Assembly (NCBI GenBank): GCA_032250835.1
Contig: JAVVEA010000003.1
Span: 194,265 to 258,264, forward strand
Direction: 5' to 3'
DNA: 64,000 bases
From: a bacterium
GTDB lineage: Bacteria > SAR324 > XYD2-FULL-50-16
The position numbers and the translations under genes were made by a program. This document shows positions 28,778-38,758 of this stretch, piece by piece. A model generated the notes under the pieces. The model was not told where the DNA came from. It made no database searches and saw nothing but the letters and a program-made list of their open reading frames with translations. The first letter of the stretch is position 1, and the number at the start of each line of letters is the position of its first letter.

Positions 28778-29760
28778 TAGCGTTGCAGCCGCTCGGGGAC
28801 CTTAAAGCCCTTTTCGCGGTAATACTTCAAAGCCCCTGGATGCAGCGGTGCGCTCAATCCTTCCAGCAGGCTTTCGGGCTTAAGCCCTTCAAAAGCCGGG
28901 TGCATGGCCTTGATCTCTTCAAAATGCTCCACCAACAGTTGGGTGATCTGGTAGGCCAGTTGTGCGTCCAGCTTGGCTGAGGTGACTAAGGTGGCTTTGA
29001 CGCCCACGGTATCGACCACTTCGGGCATAGCCGCCGCCGGGTAGTATTTGCGGAAGATTTGGGCCGGGGCGTAATAGGGCTTGGCGGAGATCAAGGCTTG
29101 GATCGGCGGGCCAGTGATCGCCAAGATGCCCACTTTCACGCGTCCGCTGGTCGCTTCTTTGAGGTTTCCGTTGGGGTGGCCGACGGTATAAAAAAAGGCG
29201 TCGATCCGCTCGTCTTGGAGTAGGCCGGGAGCCTCAACGGCCTTAACTTGTTTGGCGTCCAAATCCGCCTCGCTGATCCCGAAGGCGGCCAGCACATCGC
29301 GGGCATTGCCCAACTGGCCCGAGCCGGGATTGCCCAAGTTAACCCGTTGGCCCTTGAGGTCGCTGAGTTGCTGGATACCCGAATCTACCGAGGCAACCAG
29401 CGTCACCGCTTCGGGGTGCAGCGCGGCGATGCTGCGCAGGTCCAATTGGGGGCCGATGGCCTCCCATTCAGCTTGGCCGTAATAGGCTTGGTACTGCCGG
29501 TCCGATTGGGCGATGCCTAGTTGTAGGTCCCCTGAAAGCACGGCGTTGATGTTAAACACCGACCCGCCGGTGGATTGGGCGGCGGCCTTGACCTTATGCC
29601 CTTCGGACCCTTCGTTGAGTAGCCGGGCGAGACCCTGGCCCACTGGGTAATAGACGCCGCTCAAACCGCCGGTACCGATGTTGACGAAGCGGGTGCCCAT
29701 TTCCTGGTCGCAGCTGGCCCAGAGCGGGAGCAGTAAAAAAAGTATCAAGATGCGTTTCAT
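28777..29760 (-). CDS. TAXI-family TRAP solute-binding lipoprotein
   Basis: IGTGGLSGVYYP, TGGSVFN, GNPGSG, PLHPGALKYY. Confidence 0.93.
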   Translation of the reverse strand: MKRILILFLLLPLWASCDQEMGTRFVNIGTGGLSGVYYPVGQGLARLLNEGSEGHKVKAAAQSTGGSVFNINAVLSGDLQLGIAQSDRQYQAYYGQAEWEAIGPQLDLRSIAALHPEAVTLVASVDSGIQQLSDLKGQRVNLGNPGSGQLGNARDVLAAFGISEADLDAKQVKAVEAPGLLQDERIDAFFYTVGHPNGNLKEATSGRVKVGILAITGPPIQALISAKPYYAPAQIFRKYYPAAAMPEVVDTVGVKATLVTSAKLDAQLAYQITQLLVEHFEEIKAMHPAFEGLKPESLLEGLSAPLHPGALKYYREKGFKVPERLQR

Positions 29761-29946
29761 ATTGGTCTCCTGTTGCTCGAATCCTAACCGCTTTGCCGGT
29801 GCAATTCAAGCCCGCCCGGTTGGGGGGCCGAGTTATGGGTTGTTTTGGGCCTAATTTCATCTTTTTTTGCTTGGTTTGAGCCGGTAAATCCGCTAACTTC
29901 GGGCCATAAGAGTTACTACTGTCTTAACGTTGCCGGGAAAATACCG

Positions 29947-30975
29947 ATGCTCAAGAAACTATTGGTTCTGATCGCCCTGATGGGGGTTGTGGCAACCCCT
30001 GAACTCTTTGCTGAAGACTCCTGGGACATGGATTCTTACGGCCGAGTGCGGAGTACTGTTCAGTATAAAGATCAGGATGATGGTGCCAGTCATTATGCTT
30101 GGTACGACATGACCACCGACGCCTTTATCGGGATCAAGGCGACTAAAGACGTCGGCGAAGGCTGGAAATCGAGCGCTACGATTGAAGCGGAACTGCTCAG
30201 TGCCGACACAGTGGTACTGCCCCAGTACATGTATGTTACCTTGGAAAACAGCTACGCCAATCTATCGGTAGGCCGCCAAGAATCGAGCGGGACCAAGCTG
30301 GGCGGCAAATATATGGAAAACATCGACGAATCTTTGTCGATTGCTGAAACCATCGGCACCGGAGACTTCTTTAAGCTAGGCTTAAACCAAGCGGGTTTGA
30401 CCTTTGTGACCGGGCGACACGCCAAATCCGACGATTCCGGCAACACAGTGGGCCCGCGCTATGACGAATCGGTCTTGGGGCTTTATTATGACCACAACAT
30501 TGCCGAAACCTACCCAATCGCTTTCAGCATCGCGAACATCGACGAGGCCCCTTCTAAAAACCAATCGGCGGCAATCATCGCACAAGGCCATGGTGACGAA
30601 CGCTACACCGCTTATTCCTTCAGCTTCGGGGTGCCGGTTTCGAATGTAGAGTTTTCCTTTAATTACGACCACTTCCACCAAACCCACCTAGATAGCTCAA
30701 GCACGCCGGATGTCTTAAAAAACACCATCGTGATGGGCTTTGATCTGGATCTACCCTACGAGTTGGGTTATTCCTTCCTTTATTCGAGCCAAAGCATCGA
30801 CGACGGCAGCCCGGCGTTGACTGATTATACGGGCTACGACATGACACTGCTTTGGCCCTTTAAGGGGATGAACTTTTTCGGCTCCTACTCTACCCAGATC
30901 ACCAAAGACGCCGACGAAGCAGATACTCGATATATCTTGTACGGTGCGGGCTTGGCCTATCATTTCGGCAAGTAG
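29947..30975 (+). CDS. Outer-membrane porin-like beta-barrel
   Basis: Signal peptide from ATG 29947; YGRVR N-terminal strand; amphipathic strands; C-terminal GLAYHF. Confidence 0.7.
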   Translation: MLKKLLVLIALMGVVATPELFAEDSWDMDSYGRVRSTVQYKDQDDGASHYAWYDMTTDAFIGIKATKDVGEGWKSSATIEAELLSADTVVLPQYMYVTLENSYANLSVGRQESSGTKLGGKYMENIDESLSIAETIGTGDFFKLGLNQAGLTFVTGRHAKSDDSGNTVGPRYDESVLGLYYDHNIAETYPIAFSIANIDEAPSKNQSAAIIAQGHGDERYTAYSFSFGVPVSNVEFSFNYDHFHQTHLDSSSTPDVLKNTIVMGFDLDLPYELGYSFLYSSQSIDDGSPALTDYTGYDMTLLWPFKGMNFFGSYSTQITKDADEADTRYILYGAGLAYHFGK

Positions 30976-31263
30976 TTACAAGCGGTAGTCCACGGCCCGC
31001 GATTCACTGGCCCGCTGCTTGATGTATTGCACCACCTCTTGATGGGCCGGATGGATGGCGTAGGCTTCCAGGCCGGTCTCGTCTTCGACTAGGGCAGTTA
31101 AGACCAAGTCCGCTGAACGTTCGCTACGGACAAAGTCGAGCCCGACTTCTATTTTAATCAGTTCAGGAACCAGATCTACCAAGGCTTCTAAGCGGCGCTT
31201 TATTTCTTCAAGGTCCTTTTGGGCCTCGGGGCGGAAGCGGAACATAACGATATGTTTGATCAT
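30976..31263 (-). CDS. Dabb-family stress-responsive alpha/beta barrel protein
   Basis: MIKHIVMF…YAIHPAHQEV…AVDY; start refined to ATG at 31263 after AGGAG. Confidence 0.9.
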   Translation of the reverse strand: MIKHIVMFRFRPEAQKDLEEIKRRLEALVDLVPELIKIEVGLDFVRSERSADLVLTALVEDETGLEAYAIHPAHQEVVQYIKQRASESRAVDYRL

Positions 31264-31360
31264 TTTTCTCCTGGCTGTAAGCTGAATCCTAGATGTTATG
31301 GGCACCCCTCTTTAGGGTGGGGGTGAAGCCAGACTAAATCAACCTCTCTTAGGGAGCAAC

Positions 31361-32224
31361 ATGAACCTTCCCGGCTTGGTGGACTTTCACTGCCACTCCA
31401 CCGCCAGCGACGGAAGCTTAGCACCGGCCCAATTGGTCGAGGCCGCCGCCGCCCAGGGAATCGGTCTGATGGCCCTCACCGACCACGACACCGTTGCCGG
31501 GCTGGCCCCGGCCCGCGCTAAGGCCCAGGAACTAGGCATCGGTTGGATCGATGGGATTGAGCTGAGCGCCAAGTTTGCGGGCGGGCATCTGCATATCTTA
31601 GGTTACGGCTTTGATCCGACCCATCCGGGCCTGCTAGCGGGCCTAAGCGCCTTCCGTCAGGCCCGCAAAAACCGCCTCACCAAAATCTTAGATAAATTGT
31701 CCCACTGCGGGCTGCCGCTTGAAGAGGCGGACCTGGACCTTTCCGAGGGCACCAGTCCAGGCCGCCCGCATATTGCAGCGGCGATGGTCGCTAAAGAATA
31801 TGTGAAGGACCAGAATCAAGCCTTTGACGAATATTTGGGCCACCAGGGTAAAGCCTATGCGGACAAAGAAATTTTTGGGCCCCAAGAAACCATTGCCTTG
31901 ATCAAAAATGCCGGGGGCTTGGCGGTGGTTGCGCATCCCATCTCTTTGTATCTAAAGCGCAGCGAATTAGCGGACTACTTAGAATACCTTAAAGGCCTGG
32001 GGCTGGACGGAATTGAAGCTTACAATTCTTCGCACCAGAACGACCAATGCAACCGGCTGGTCAAGATCGCGGCTCAGTTGGACTTATTGGTAACCGGCGG
32101 ATCGGACTTCCACGGCACAGCCAAACCGTTGGTACAGTTGGGACGATTAAAAAAAGGCCGGAAGATCCTCTCGAAGTGGATTTCCCCGCAGTTCTTTGAT
32201 ACTTTGGGGATCGAAACCACATAA
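31361..32224 (+). CDS. PHP-domain phosphoesterase (YciV/TrpH-like)
   Basis: DFHCHSTASDG, ALTDHDT, GIELS, HILGY, GRPHIA, AHP, GGSDFHG. Confidence 0.93.
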   Translation: MNLPGLVDFHCHSTASDGSLAPAQLVEAAAAQGIGLMALTDHDTVAGLAPARAKAQELGIGWIDGIELSAKFAGGHLHILGYGFDPTHPGLLAGLSAFRQARKNRLTKILDKLSHCGLPLEEADLDLSEGTSPGRPHIAAAMVAKEYVKDQNQAFDEYLGHQGKAYADKEIFGPQETIALIKNAGGLAVVAHPISLYLKRSELADYLEYLKGLGLDGIEAYNSSHQNDQCNRLVKIAAQLDLLVTGGSDFHGTAKPLVQLGRLKKGRKILSKWISPQFFDTLGIETT

Positions 32225-32232
32225 GGGGGATC

Positions 32233-33813
32233 ATGACAGACTCGGCGGGTTCGCCCCGAGGCTTTTTGCTGGTTGCGGTGACCGACGTACATGGGCGGTA
32301 TATCTCCTTGTCTACTTTAGACATGAAGCCCCATGAGCGCGGTCTGGACCGTGTGCACAGCTATTTAAAAAAGAAACGTGCCGAAGGCTGGGATACCTTG
32401 GTCATCGATAATGGTGACAGCATCCAAGGCACCCCGCTGGTGGACCTGTTCCCCTACGGCACTGGCGGAGACCACCCGCTCAACCTGACCCACCGGACTT
32501 TGGGCTTCGACGCCTTTATTTTAGGCAACCACGAATTTAACTTTGGTTTTGATAGTTTGCAAGAGATCGCCTCAAAGGCTCCGGTGCCCTGGCTTTCGGC
32601 CAACATGACCTATGCCGAGGATGGCTCTACGGCCTATAAGCCTTATCAGATCTTTGAAAAGGGCGGCTTGAAGGTGGGCTTGATTGGGCTGATCACCGCC
32701 TATGTGCCCCGCTGGGAGCATAACTCGATGATCCCCGGCCTGGCCTTTGCCGAAGCCGCCGAGACAGCGGCCAAATATGCCCAGGAGCTGCGCCCCCAGG
32801 TGGATGTGCTGATCGCCAGCTACCACGGCGGCTACCACAAAGACCCCGAGACGGGCGAGCTTTGGTGCCATGATCCTTTGGAAAACGAGGGTGAGGCGAT
32901 ATTACAGGCTGCCCCGGAGCTGGATCTATTGATCACCGGGCACCAGCACCGAAGCACCGTGTTCCAACAGGAAAACGGGACTTGGAGCGCCCAGCCGGGC
33001 TGTTATGCCAACCAGTTCTTGAGCGTCGCCATCACCCCGCAACCTAGCGGAAACCGTTCGGTGACCCTGCGTCCTGAGTTGATCGAAACTCGGGGATTCG
33101 AGCCCCAACCGGAGTTGACGAAGGCGCTAGACCCTCAGATTGCAAGGGTTCGGCGAAAATTGGACGGATATTTGGGCAGTGCGGACCCGAGCTTTAGCAT
33201 CACCGACCCGATGCGCGAGGTCTGGCTGAAGAAACACCCCATGATCCAATGGGTCAATAACTTGATCGCCGAGCACACCGGCGCGCCCATCGTTTGCACC
33301 TCCCTGCTCGACAGCGCTTTACCGGGCTTGCCCGAAGAGGTGCATCTGCGCGACATCATCCAAAACTACTTCTTCCAAGACAACCTCTGCTTGATCCACG
33401 TGACCGGCGAGGTTTTGATGGAGGCTTTAGAGCAGGTGGCTAGTTTCTTTATCCTGCAAACCGGCAAGAGCGGCGAACCCAAGGTGACCATCAACGCTGA
33501 ATGGCGTGCCTTTCGGGTGCGCAGTTACAACTACGACATCTTTGACGGGATCGATTATGGCTTCGACCTAAAGCGCCCGATTGGTGAGCGGCTTGCTTAC
33601 CTGCGCTTTAAGGGCGACGACGTCAAACCCCGCGACCGCTTGTTGGTCGGCCTGACTACCTACCGGGCCCAGGGGGCTTTTTATAAGATGTTTAATCCCG
33701 AGCAGATTGTCGAAGAGTTCCCCGAGAAGATCACCGACTTGATGGTGGCTGACTTAAAGCAGCGGGGCCACCTTTCGGTGGAGCCGGTGCAAAACTTTAA
33801 CGTCTCTTACTGA
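32233..33813 (+). CDS. Bifunctional 2',3'-cyclic-nucleotide phosphodiesterase/nucleotidase-like metallophosphoesterase (no signal peptide)
   Basis: TDVHG, DNGDSIQG, GNHEFN, YHGG, GHQH; 5'-nucleotidase C-domain (NYDIFDG). Confidence 0.88.
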   Translation: MTDSAGSPRGFLLVAVTDVHGRYISLSTLDMKPHERGLDRVHSYLKKKRAEGWDTLVIDNGDSIQGTPLVDLFPYGTGGDHPLNLTHRTLGFDAFILGNHEFNFGFDSLQEIASKAPVPWLSANMTYAEDGSTAYKPYQIFEKGGLKVGLIGLITAYVPRWEHNSMIPGLAFAEAAETAAKYAQELRPQVDVLIASYHGGYHKDPETGELWCHDPLENEGEAILQAAPELDLLITGHQHRSTVFQQENGTWSAQPGCYANQFLSVAITPQPSGNRSVTLRPELIETRGFEPQPELTKALDPQIARVRRKLDGYLGSADPSFSITDPMREVWLKKHPMIQWVNNLIAEHTGAPIVCTSLLDSALPGLPEEVHLRDIIQNYFFQDNLCLIHVTGEVLMEALEQVASFFILQTGKSGEPKVTINAEWRAFRVRSYNYDIFDGIDYGFDLKRPIGERLAYLRFKGDDVKPRDRLLVGLTTYRAQGAFYKMFNPEQIVEEFPEKITDLMVADLKQRGHLSVEPVQNFNVSY

Positions 33814-34037
33814 TGAGTTTGATCCACCGGGTATCGAATGAGCGCCAAAGCTTGGCTGAGCGTTTGGGCCCTGATTTGGGGGTGCGGGGCTATAGCTTGA
33901 TCTTGATTGACGGCCGCGAGTTGCGCGGCGTGATCGAGTCCGTCGGCACGGACCATTTGGTGTTGTTGCAGGCCCAGGAGCGCGAACGCTTGATTCCGTT
34001 AAGCTCCATTTTGTTTTTGGAAGCCAAGGACGAGTGA
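33813..34037 (+). CDS. Small protein with possible Sm/Hfq-like (LSm) fold
   Basis: LILIDGRELRGVIESVGTDHLVL (Sm1-like) and RLIPLSSILFL (Sm2-like); TGATG coupling to the upstream gene. Confidence 0.55.
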   Translation: MSLIHRVSNERQSLAERLGPDLGVRGYSLILIDGRELRGVIESVGTDHLVLLQAQERERLIPLSSILFLEAKDE

Positions 34038-34060
34038 GGAGCGGGGCTAGAAAAAGCCCC

Positions 34061-34187
34061 CGCGTAGCGAAAAGAAAAGCCCGCGCGCAGCGAAATAACC
34101 GGGGTGCAGGGGTTTTCACCCCTGCACCCCACTTGTTTGCGCTCCGCGCTTCTTCGCTGCGCGGGGCTTTTTTCTTTCGCTTCGCGG
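34061..34187. repeat. Large imperfect palindrome (REP-like / bidirectional terminator)
   Basis: Core GGGGTGCAGGGG/CCCCTGCACCCC (34101-34130) nested in arms …AAAGCCCGCGCGCAGCGAA / TTCGCTGCGCGGGGCTTT…, between convergent genes. Confidence 0.75.
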
Positions 34188-34188
34188 T

Positions 34189-36105
34189 CTATTTTTTCTT
34201 CAGGCCCTTCGCCAAAAACTCCTCAAACTCCTCCCCGCTACGCGCAGTCCCCACAAACCTTGCCCGTTCAGTCCCGTCGGGCGACAAAATAAGGTAGAGC
34301 GGCAAGGCCACTGTTTTAAAACGCTCAATCTGTAAATCCAGGTTGGCCGGGCCCCGCTCGCCGCCGTCGGTATAAAGCCGGGCCAAGGTGAAATGGCCCT
34401 TGAGCAGGCGGTGTACCGGCTCTTGGGCCAAAATATTCTGCTCCATCCAACGACAGTTCACACAGGTATAGCCGGTGAACTCCAAAAAGAGCGGGCGGCC
34501 CGAAGCCTGGGCCTGACCCATAGCCGCCTCAAAACGGTCATTCCAAATCAAGCTGGCCGCTTCCTCTTCGCTAACATATTCGGCCCCGACCAGAGAATGG
34601 CCATCAGGGGGCGGCAAGACCGAGTCCAATAAACTGCCCAAACTCCCGCCGCCCAGCCCTTGGGAGGTGTAAAACAAGATCCCGCCAAAAACCAAAATCC
34701 AAGTGAGCTGCCCCGGCGATTTGAGGCGGCCTGAGCTCAAGCCGGTTTTGATCAAATAAGCCAAGATCGCCACCAGTAACAACATCCAAGCCAAAATCAC
34801 CCGGTCGCGGCTGAGTAGACCGGTCCCAAAAACCAAGTCGGCATTGGAAAAGAACTTCAGGCTCGCCGCTAACTCGATCAGGCCTAAGACCGTCTTCGCC
34901 CGGCCCAACCAAGCCCCGCTGGCCCCCTGCATCTTGCCCACCAGAGCGGGGGCCAAGGCCAACAAAAAGAAGGGGAAGGCGAAGACACTGGCGAAAACCA
35001 ACATGCCCAACAGCGGCCAAAGCCATTCGCCCTGTGCCGCCGCGATCATCAAGGTACCCACAAACTGGACGGTGCAGGTAAAGGCGGTCAGGGTGAAGGT
35101 AAAGCCCATCAACACCACGCCCAAAGCCCCGCCGGTCTTGCGGGCCTTTTGGTCGAAGAACCCCTGGATACCCGCCGGAAGGCTGATCTCAAAAGCGCCC
35201 ATCAAAGAGGCCGCAAAGACCACAAATAGGACAGCAATGGCCAAGTTCACCCAAGGATTCGAGGCGAGCTGCACCGCCGCGCCCGCCCCAAAGACCCAAG
35301 AAAGGATCAGGCCCGTACCCGTATAGGTGCCCACAATCCCCAAACCAAATAGGCTGGCTAACTTCAAAAGGCCTGCCGGATTGCCCTCGGCTTGCTTAGA
35401 AAAATAGCTGATGGTGATCGGCACCATCGGGAAGACGCAAGGGGTGATCAAACTAGCCAAACCCATCAACGCCGCCAAGCCGATAAAGGCCCAAAAACCC
35501 TCAGCGCCCAGCGGACTGCCTTGAGGTGCGGCCAAGTCAGGCAAAGCGTCCACCGAGCGGTCGGGGGTCAAGTATTCATCGCGCGGCGCGGCGTCCACCG
35601 CCCGGTAAGGGACGCTTAAGGCGATCTCTTTGGGTGGCAAACAAACCCGGAAGCTACAGGTCTGGAATTTGATCTTCAGGTCCAACTGGCGGGGGCCTAC
35701 TTCGAAGTCTGTGCCGGTCCGGAAGTTCTGGTAAAAAAAGGCCTGACCTTCGTGGCTCGATAGGGTCATCTGGATGACCTTGTCGAACTCTGTCTTGGGC
35801 CGGGTCTCATAGACCGGGCCGTCGGGAACCAAGCCCGGTGCGGTGATCTTTACGCTGGTCGGCGGCGGGGCGTCTTCTTCGGGGGCCTCGAAGACCGAAT
35901 AGATATGCCAACCCTCTTCGGTATCCACTTGAACCACCAACCGGGCCGCTTCGCCGGGGCGCAAATCCTGAGGCACCAAATGGGCACTAAAGCGGATCTG
36001 CTCCTCGCCAGGCACCGGAAGGCCGTCGGACAAGTGGGCGCTGGTGGCCCAGAGATTTATAGGTAGGAGCAACAGGCCTAGGGCGGCCAAAAGAAGGGGT
36101 TTCAA
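34189..36105 (-). CDS. dsbD: Thiol:disulfide interchange protein DsbD-like
   Basis: N-domain QTCSFRVCLPP; TM TPCVFPM and FTCT; thioredoxin FTGYTCVNC. Confidence 0.88.
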   Translation of the reverse strand: MKPLLLAALGLLLLPINLWATSAHLSDGLPVPGEEQIRFSAHLVPQDLRPGEAARLVVQVDTEEGWHIYSVFEAPEEDAPPPTSVKITAPGLVPDGPVYETRPKTEFDKVIQMTLSSHEGQAFFYQNFRTGTDFEVGPRQLDLKIKFQTCSFRVCLPPKEIALSVPYRAVDAAPRDEYLTPDRSVDALPDLAAPQGSPLGAEGFWAFIGLAALMGLASLITPCVFPMVPITISYFSKQAEGNPAGLLKLASLFGLGIVGTYTGTGLILSWVFGAGAAVQLASNPWVNLAIAVLFVVFAASLMGAFEISLPAGIQGFFDQKARKTGGALGVVLMGFTFTLTAFTCTVQFVGTLMIAAAQGEWLWPLLGMLVFASVFAFPFFLLALAPALVGKMQGASGAWLGRAKTVLGLIELAASLKFFSNADLVFGTGLLSRDRVILAWMLLLVAILAYLIKTGLSSGRLKSPGQLTWILVFGGILFYTSQGLGGGSLGSLLDSVLPPPDGHSLVGAEYVSEEEAASLIWNDRFEAAMGQAQASGRPLFLEFTGYTCVNCRWMEQNILAQEPVHRLLKGHFTLARLYTDGGERGPANLDLQIERFKTVALPLYLILSPDGTERARFVGTARSGEEFEEFLAKGLKKK

Positions 36106-36293
36106 TTGAGGTACTCCGGCGGTTCGTCGCCCAGGTCAAGCGCCTCAGGCGCAGGGGGACCTTCTAGAGAATAAGAGCCGTCCGCCCATTTGCCCAGGTC
36201 GATCAACTTGCAGCGCTCGCTGCAAAAGGGACGGTTCGCGTTCTTTTCCCAATGGGTCTTTTTTTTACAAATCGGACACTTCAATTCACGCAT
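36102..36293 (-). CDS. yacG: DNA gyrase inhibitor YacG
   Basis: CPICKK…RPFCSERCKLIDLGKWA; start refined to ATG 36293. Confidence 0.93.
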   Translation of the reverse strand: MRELKCPICKKKTHWEKNANRPFCSERCKLIDLGKWADGSYSLEGPPAPEALDLGDEPPEYLN

Positions 36294-36297
36294 GATT

Positions 36298-36963
36298 CTA
36301 AAGGATAGGAGCAAGGCCCTTAAAGGCGAAAAACCCGGCAAAGCCGATCAAAAAAAGGCCCAAAGTACCCACCATAGCGCGGTAGGCTTCAAGCGATAAA
36401 AAACGTTGGCCTTTAAACATCGAGTAGCTAACGAGGCTGTACCATAACAAATCGGCCAGGAGGTGCCCCGTAAAGAAAGCCACCAGACCGCGCCAGCCCG
36501 CTTCGCTGGCCTGTAAGATATACCCTAAACCGATGGTCGCCCACCAAATACTCCAGTAGGGATTGGCCAAGCTCAAGAGCGCACCGCTGACCGGTAGCCC
36601 CCAAGGGGAGCTAACGGCCGGGCCGCAGGATAGGTCCAGTTCCAAACGGCCCAGGCCGAACAACATCGCGCCGCCCATCCAAAGCAGGATCACCGACCCG
36701 GCCAAGGCAATACTGCTAAAGGCGGCAGGGGTGGTGAGTAAGGGGGCGAGCCCGTTGAAGAGAGCCAAGATCAACAGGGCTTCTAAAATCCCGTGACCCA
36801 AAATCAACCGAGGGCCTGTCCAAGCACCGTGCCGCCCACTCTGAGCCAAGGTGGCCGAGAGCAGCGGGCCGGGCATCAAGGCCCCCGAAAGGGCGATCAA
36901 AAAACTACTAAAAAACAAGCCCAGCAACAACAAAATCAGTCCAGTTTGACCGAATAGGTCCAC
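36298..36963 (-). CDS. LysE-family translocator
   Basis: SGALMPGP, GHGILE, NPYWSIWW, GHLLADLLWY. Confidence 0.88.
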   Translation of the reverse strand: MDLFGQTGLILLLLGLFFSSFLIALSGALMPGPLLSATLAQSGRHGAWTGPRLILGHGILEALLILALFNGLAPLLTTPAAFSSIALAGSVILLWMGGAMLFGLGRLELDLSCGPAVSSPWGLPVSGALLSLANPYWSIWWATIGLGYILQASEAGWRGLVAFFTGHLLADLLWYSLVSYSMFKGQRFLSLEAYRAMVGTLGLFLIGFAGFFAFKGLAPIL

Positions 36964-37982
36964 CCATAGGGGTCTTCCCGCTCACCGCGTTGCAGGCTGG
37001 TCAAACGCTGGTAGAGGTCGCTCATGACCGGGCCCGGCTGGTCCGCCTGAGTCCCAATCTGGTGCCAAGTACCGTCGATCAGCAACTTACCAATCGGGCT
37101 CAAGACCGCCGCGGTCCCGCAGGCGGCCATCTCTTCAATCTCGCCCTGTTCAGCCAAAAAGTCGATGGGGCGTTCTTCAAGGCTAAAACCCAGCTCTTTT
37201 TCGGCCAGCGTCATGATGGCGCGGCGGGTTACCGAAGGCAGGATGCTGGATGATTTTGGCGTGGCGAAGCGCTTGCCCTTGAGCACCATCACAATGTTCG
37301 CACTGCCCGCTTCTTCTAAGTATTTGCGTTCCTTGGGGTCTAGGTACAAGGCCTCGTTGGCACCCAAAGCCTGGGCCTTGCGGGTCGCCAAGAGGCCCCC
37401 GGCATAGTTGGCCCCGACCTTATAATGCCCCAAGCCCAAAGGCGCGGCGCGGTCGATGTCGATTACTGCGAGGCTGATCACGTTCAACCCGCCGCTTTTA
37501 TAATAAGGACCCACCGGGCTGGCGAAGACCCGGAATTCATATTCCGGTGCCGGACGTAGGCCCATGTTCTCTCCAAGTCCCATTAAGATTGGGCGGATAT
37601 AAAAAGCAGCGCCCGAGCCGTAGGGCGGTACCCAAGAAAGATTGGAGCGGATCACCGATTCAATGCCTTTCATGAATAGCTCAGTAGGCACCTTGGGCAT
37701 CAGTAAGCGCTCGGCGCTTTCTTGCATCCGCTGGTTGTTTAGGTCCGGGCGGAAGAGCAAGATCCGTCCGTCTTGGGCGGTCTGCGCCTTAAGCCCTTCA
37801 AAACAGCTCTGGCCGTAGTGCATGACCGTCGACCCTTCGTGGACAGACATGACCTCATCGGTGACCATCTCCCCTTCGCTCCAGACGCCGTTTTTATAGG
37901 TCGCCTTAAAACGAAAGTCGGTCTTGAGGTATGAGAAGCCCAGGCTTCCCCAGTCTAAATCCTGTTTCTTGGTCGCGTTCAT
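36936..37982 (-). CDS. ilvE: Branched-chain amino acid aminotransferase
   Basis: HYGQSCFEGLKA, YIRP, KVGANYA (PLP Lys), EEAGSAN, ILPSVTR, CGTAAV. Confidence 0.95.
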   Translation of the reverse strand: MNATKKQDLDWGSLGFSYLKTDFRFKATYKNGVWSEGEMVTDEVMSVHEGSTVMHYGQSCFEGLKAQTAQDGRILLFRPDLNNQRMQESAERLLMPKVPTELFMKGIESVIRSNLSWVPPYGSGAAFYIRPILMGLGENMGLRPAPEYEFRVFASPVGPYYKSGGLNVISLAVIDIDRAAPLGLGHYKVGANYAGGLLATRKAQALGANEALYLDPKERKYLEEAGSANIVMVLKGKRFATPKSSSILPSVTRRAIMTLAEKELGFSLEERPIDFLAEQGEIEEMAACGTAAVLSPIGKLLIDGTWHQIGTQADQPGPVMSDLYQRLTSLQRGEREDPYGWTYSVKLD

Positions 37983-37995
37983 GGTCACTAAACCG

Positions 37996-38757
37996 CTAAA
38001 GGTGGAATAACTTCTGCCATATATTTGGGGCTATGGCGAAAACCCCGGTAGCCAGAGCCAAAAAGGGCCCGAAGGGAATGGCTTGACTTAAGCCCTGCCG
38101 CTTAAAGGCCAACCAACCGCCGCCAATCACCAAACCCAACAAGGAGGAAAGGAAGACAATCGGCAAGATTGCTTGATAGCCCAAGGCAAAGCCCAACAGG
38201 CCCATCAGGCTGGCGTCCCCTTCACCCAGGCCGGGCTTGCCTCGGATCGCCAAAAAGAGGGTGCTGATCCAATGGAACAAACCGGCCCCTACCAAGAGGC
38301 CGATCAAGCCGTCGACCAACCCCGTGGGGTCCACTAACCCATACCAGAGGGCTTGCAGGAAAAGAAGGCCCATAATGGGCAAAGTATATATTTGACCGCT
38401 GATTAAGTCTAGCCAGGAGATCAACAGCAATCCGGCACCTAAGCAGAGCCAGTATAGGCTCAACCAGAAATCCCCGGTCACCCACCAGAGGATCAGGGCC
38501 GCCAGTCCGGCCAAGGCTTCACTGAAAGGATGCAAGAGCGGGATGGGGGCTGCACAGTGGCGGCAGCGCCCCTTAAGGAGCAGCCAACCCAGCACCGGGA
38601 AGAGGCCGATGGGGCCGATGGGCTTGGAACAATGGGGGCAGGTCGAGCGCTGGAGCAGGCTGGCCCCAGCCAGCAGGCGCTGGCCGGTGGTCAAAGCGAA
38701 GGAACCCAAAAAAAGGCCCAGAATGCACAGGTAAAGGGCAACGGGCCAAGGGGCCAT
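37996..38757 (-). CDS. pilD: Type IV prepilin peptidase (A24)
   Basis: RSTCPHC, GRCRHC, GLGEGD, IPFGPFL. Confidence 0.9.
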   Translation of the reverse strand: MAPWPVALYLCILGLFLGSFALTTGQRLLAGASLLQRSTCPHCSKPIGPIGLFPVLGWLLLKGRCRHCAAPIPLLHPFSEALAGLAALILWWVTGDFWLSLYWLCLGAGLLLISWLDLISGQIYTLPIMGLLFLQALWYGLVDPTGLVDGLIGLLVGAGLFHWISTLFLAIRGKPGLGEGDASLMGLLGFALGYQAILPIVFLSSLLGLVIGGGWLAFKRQGLSQAIPFGPFLALATGVFAIAPNIWQKLFHL

Positions 38758-38758
38758 G

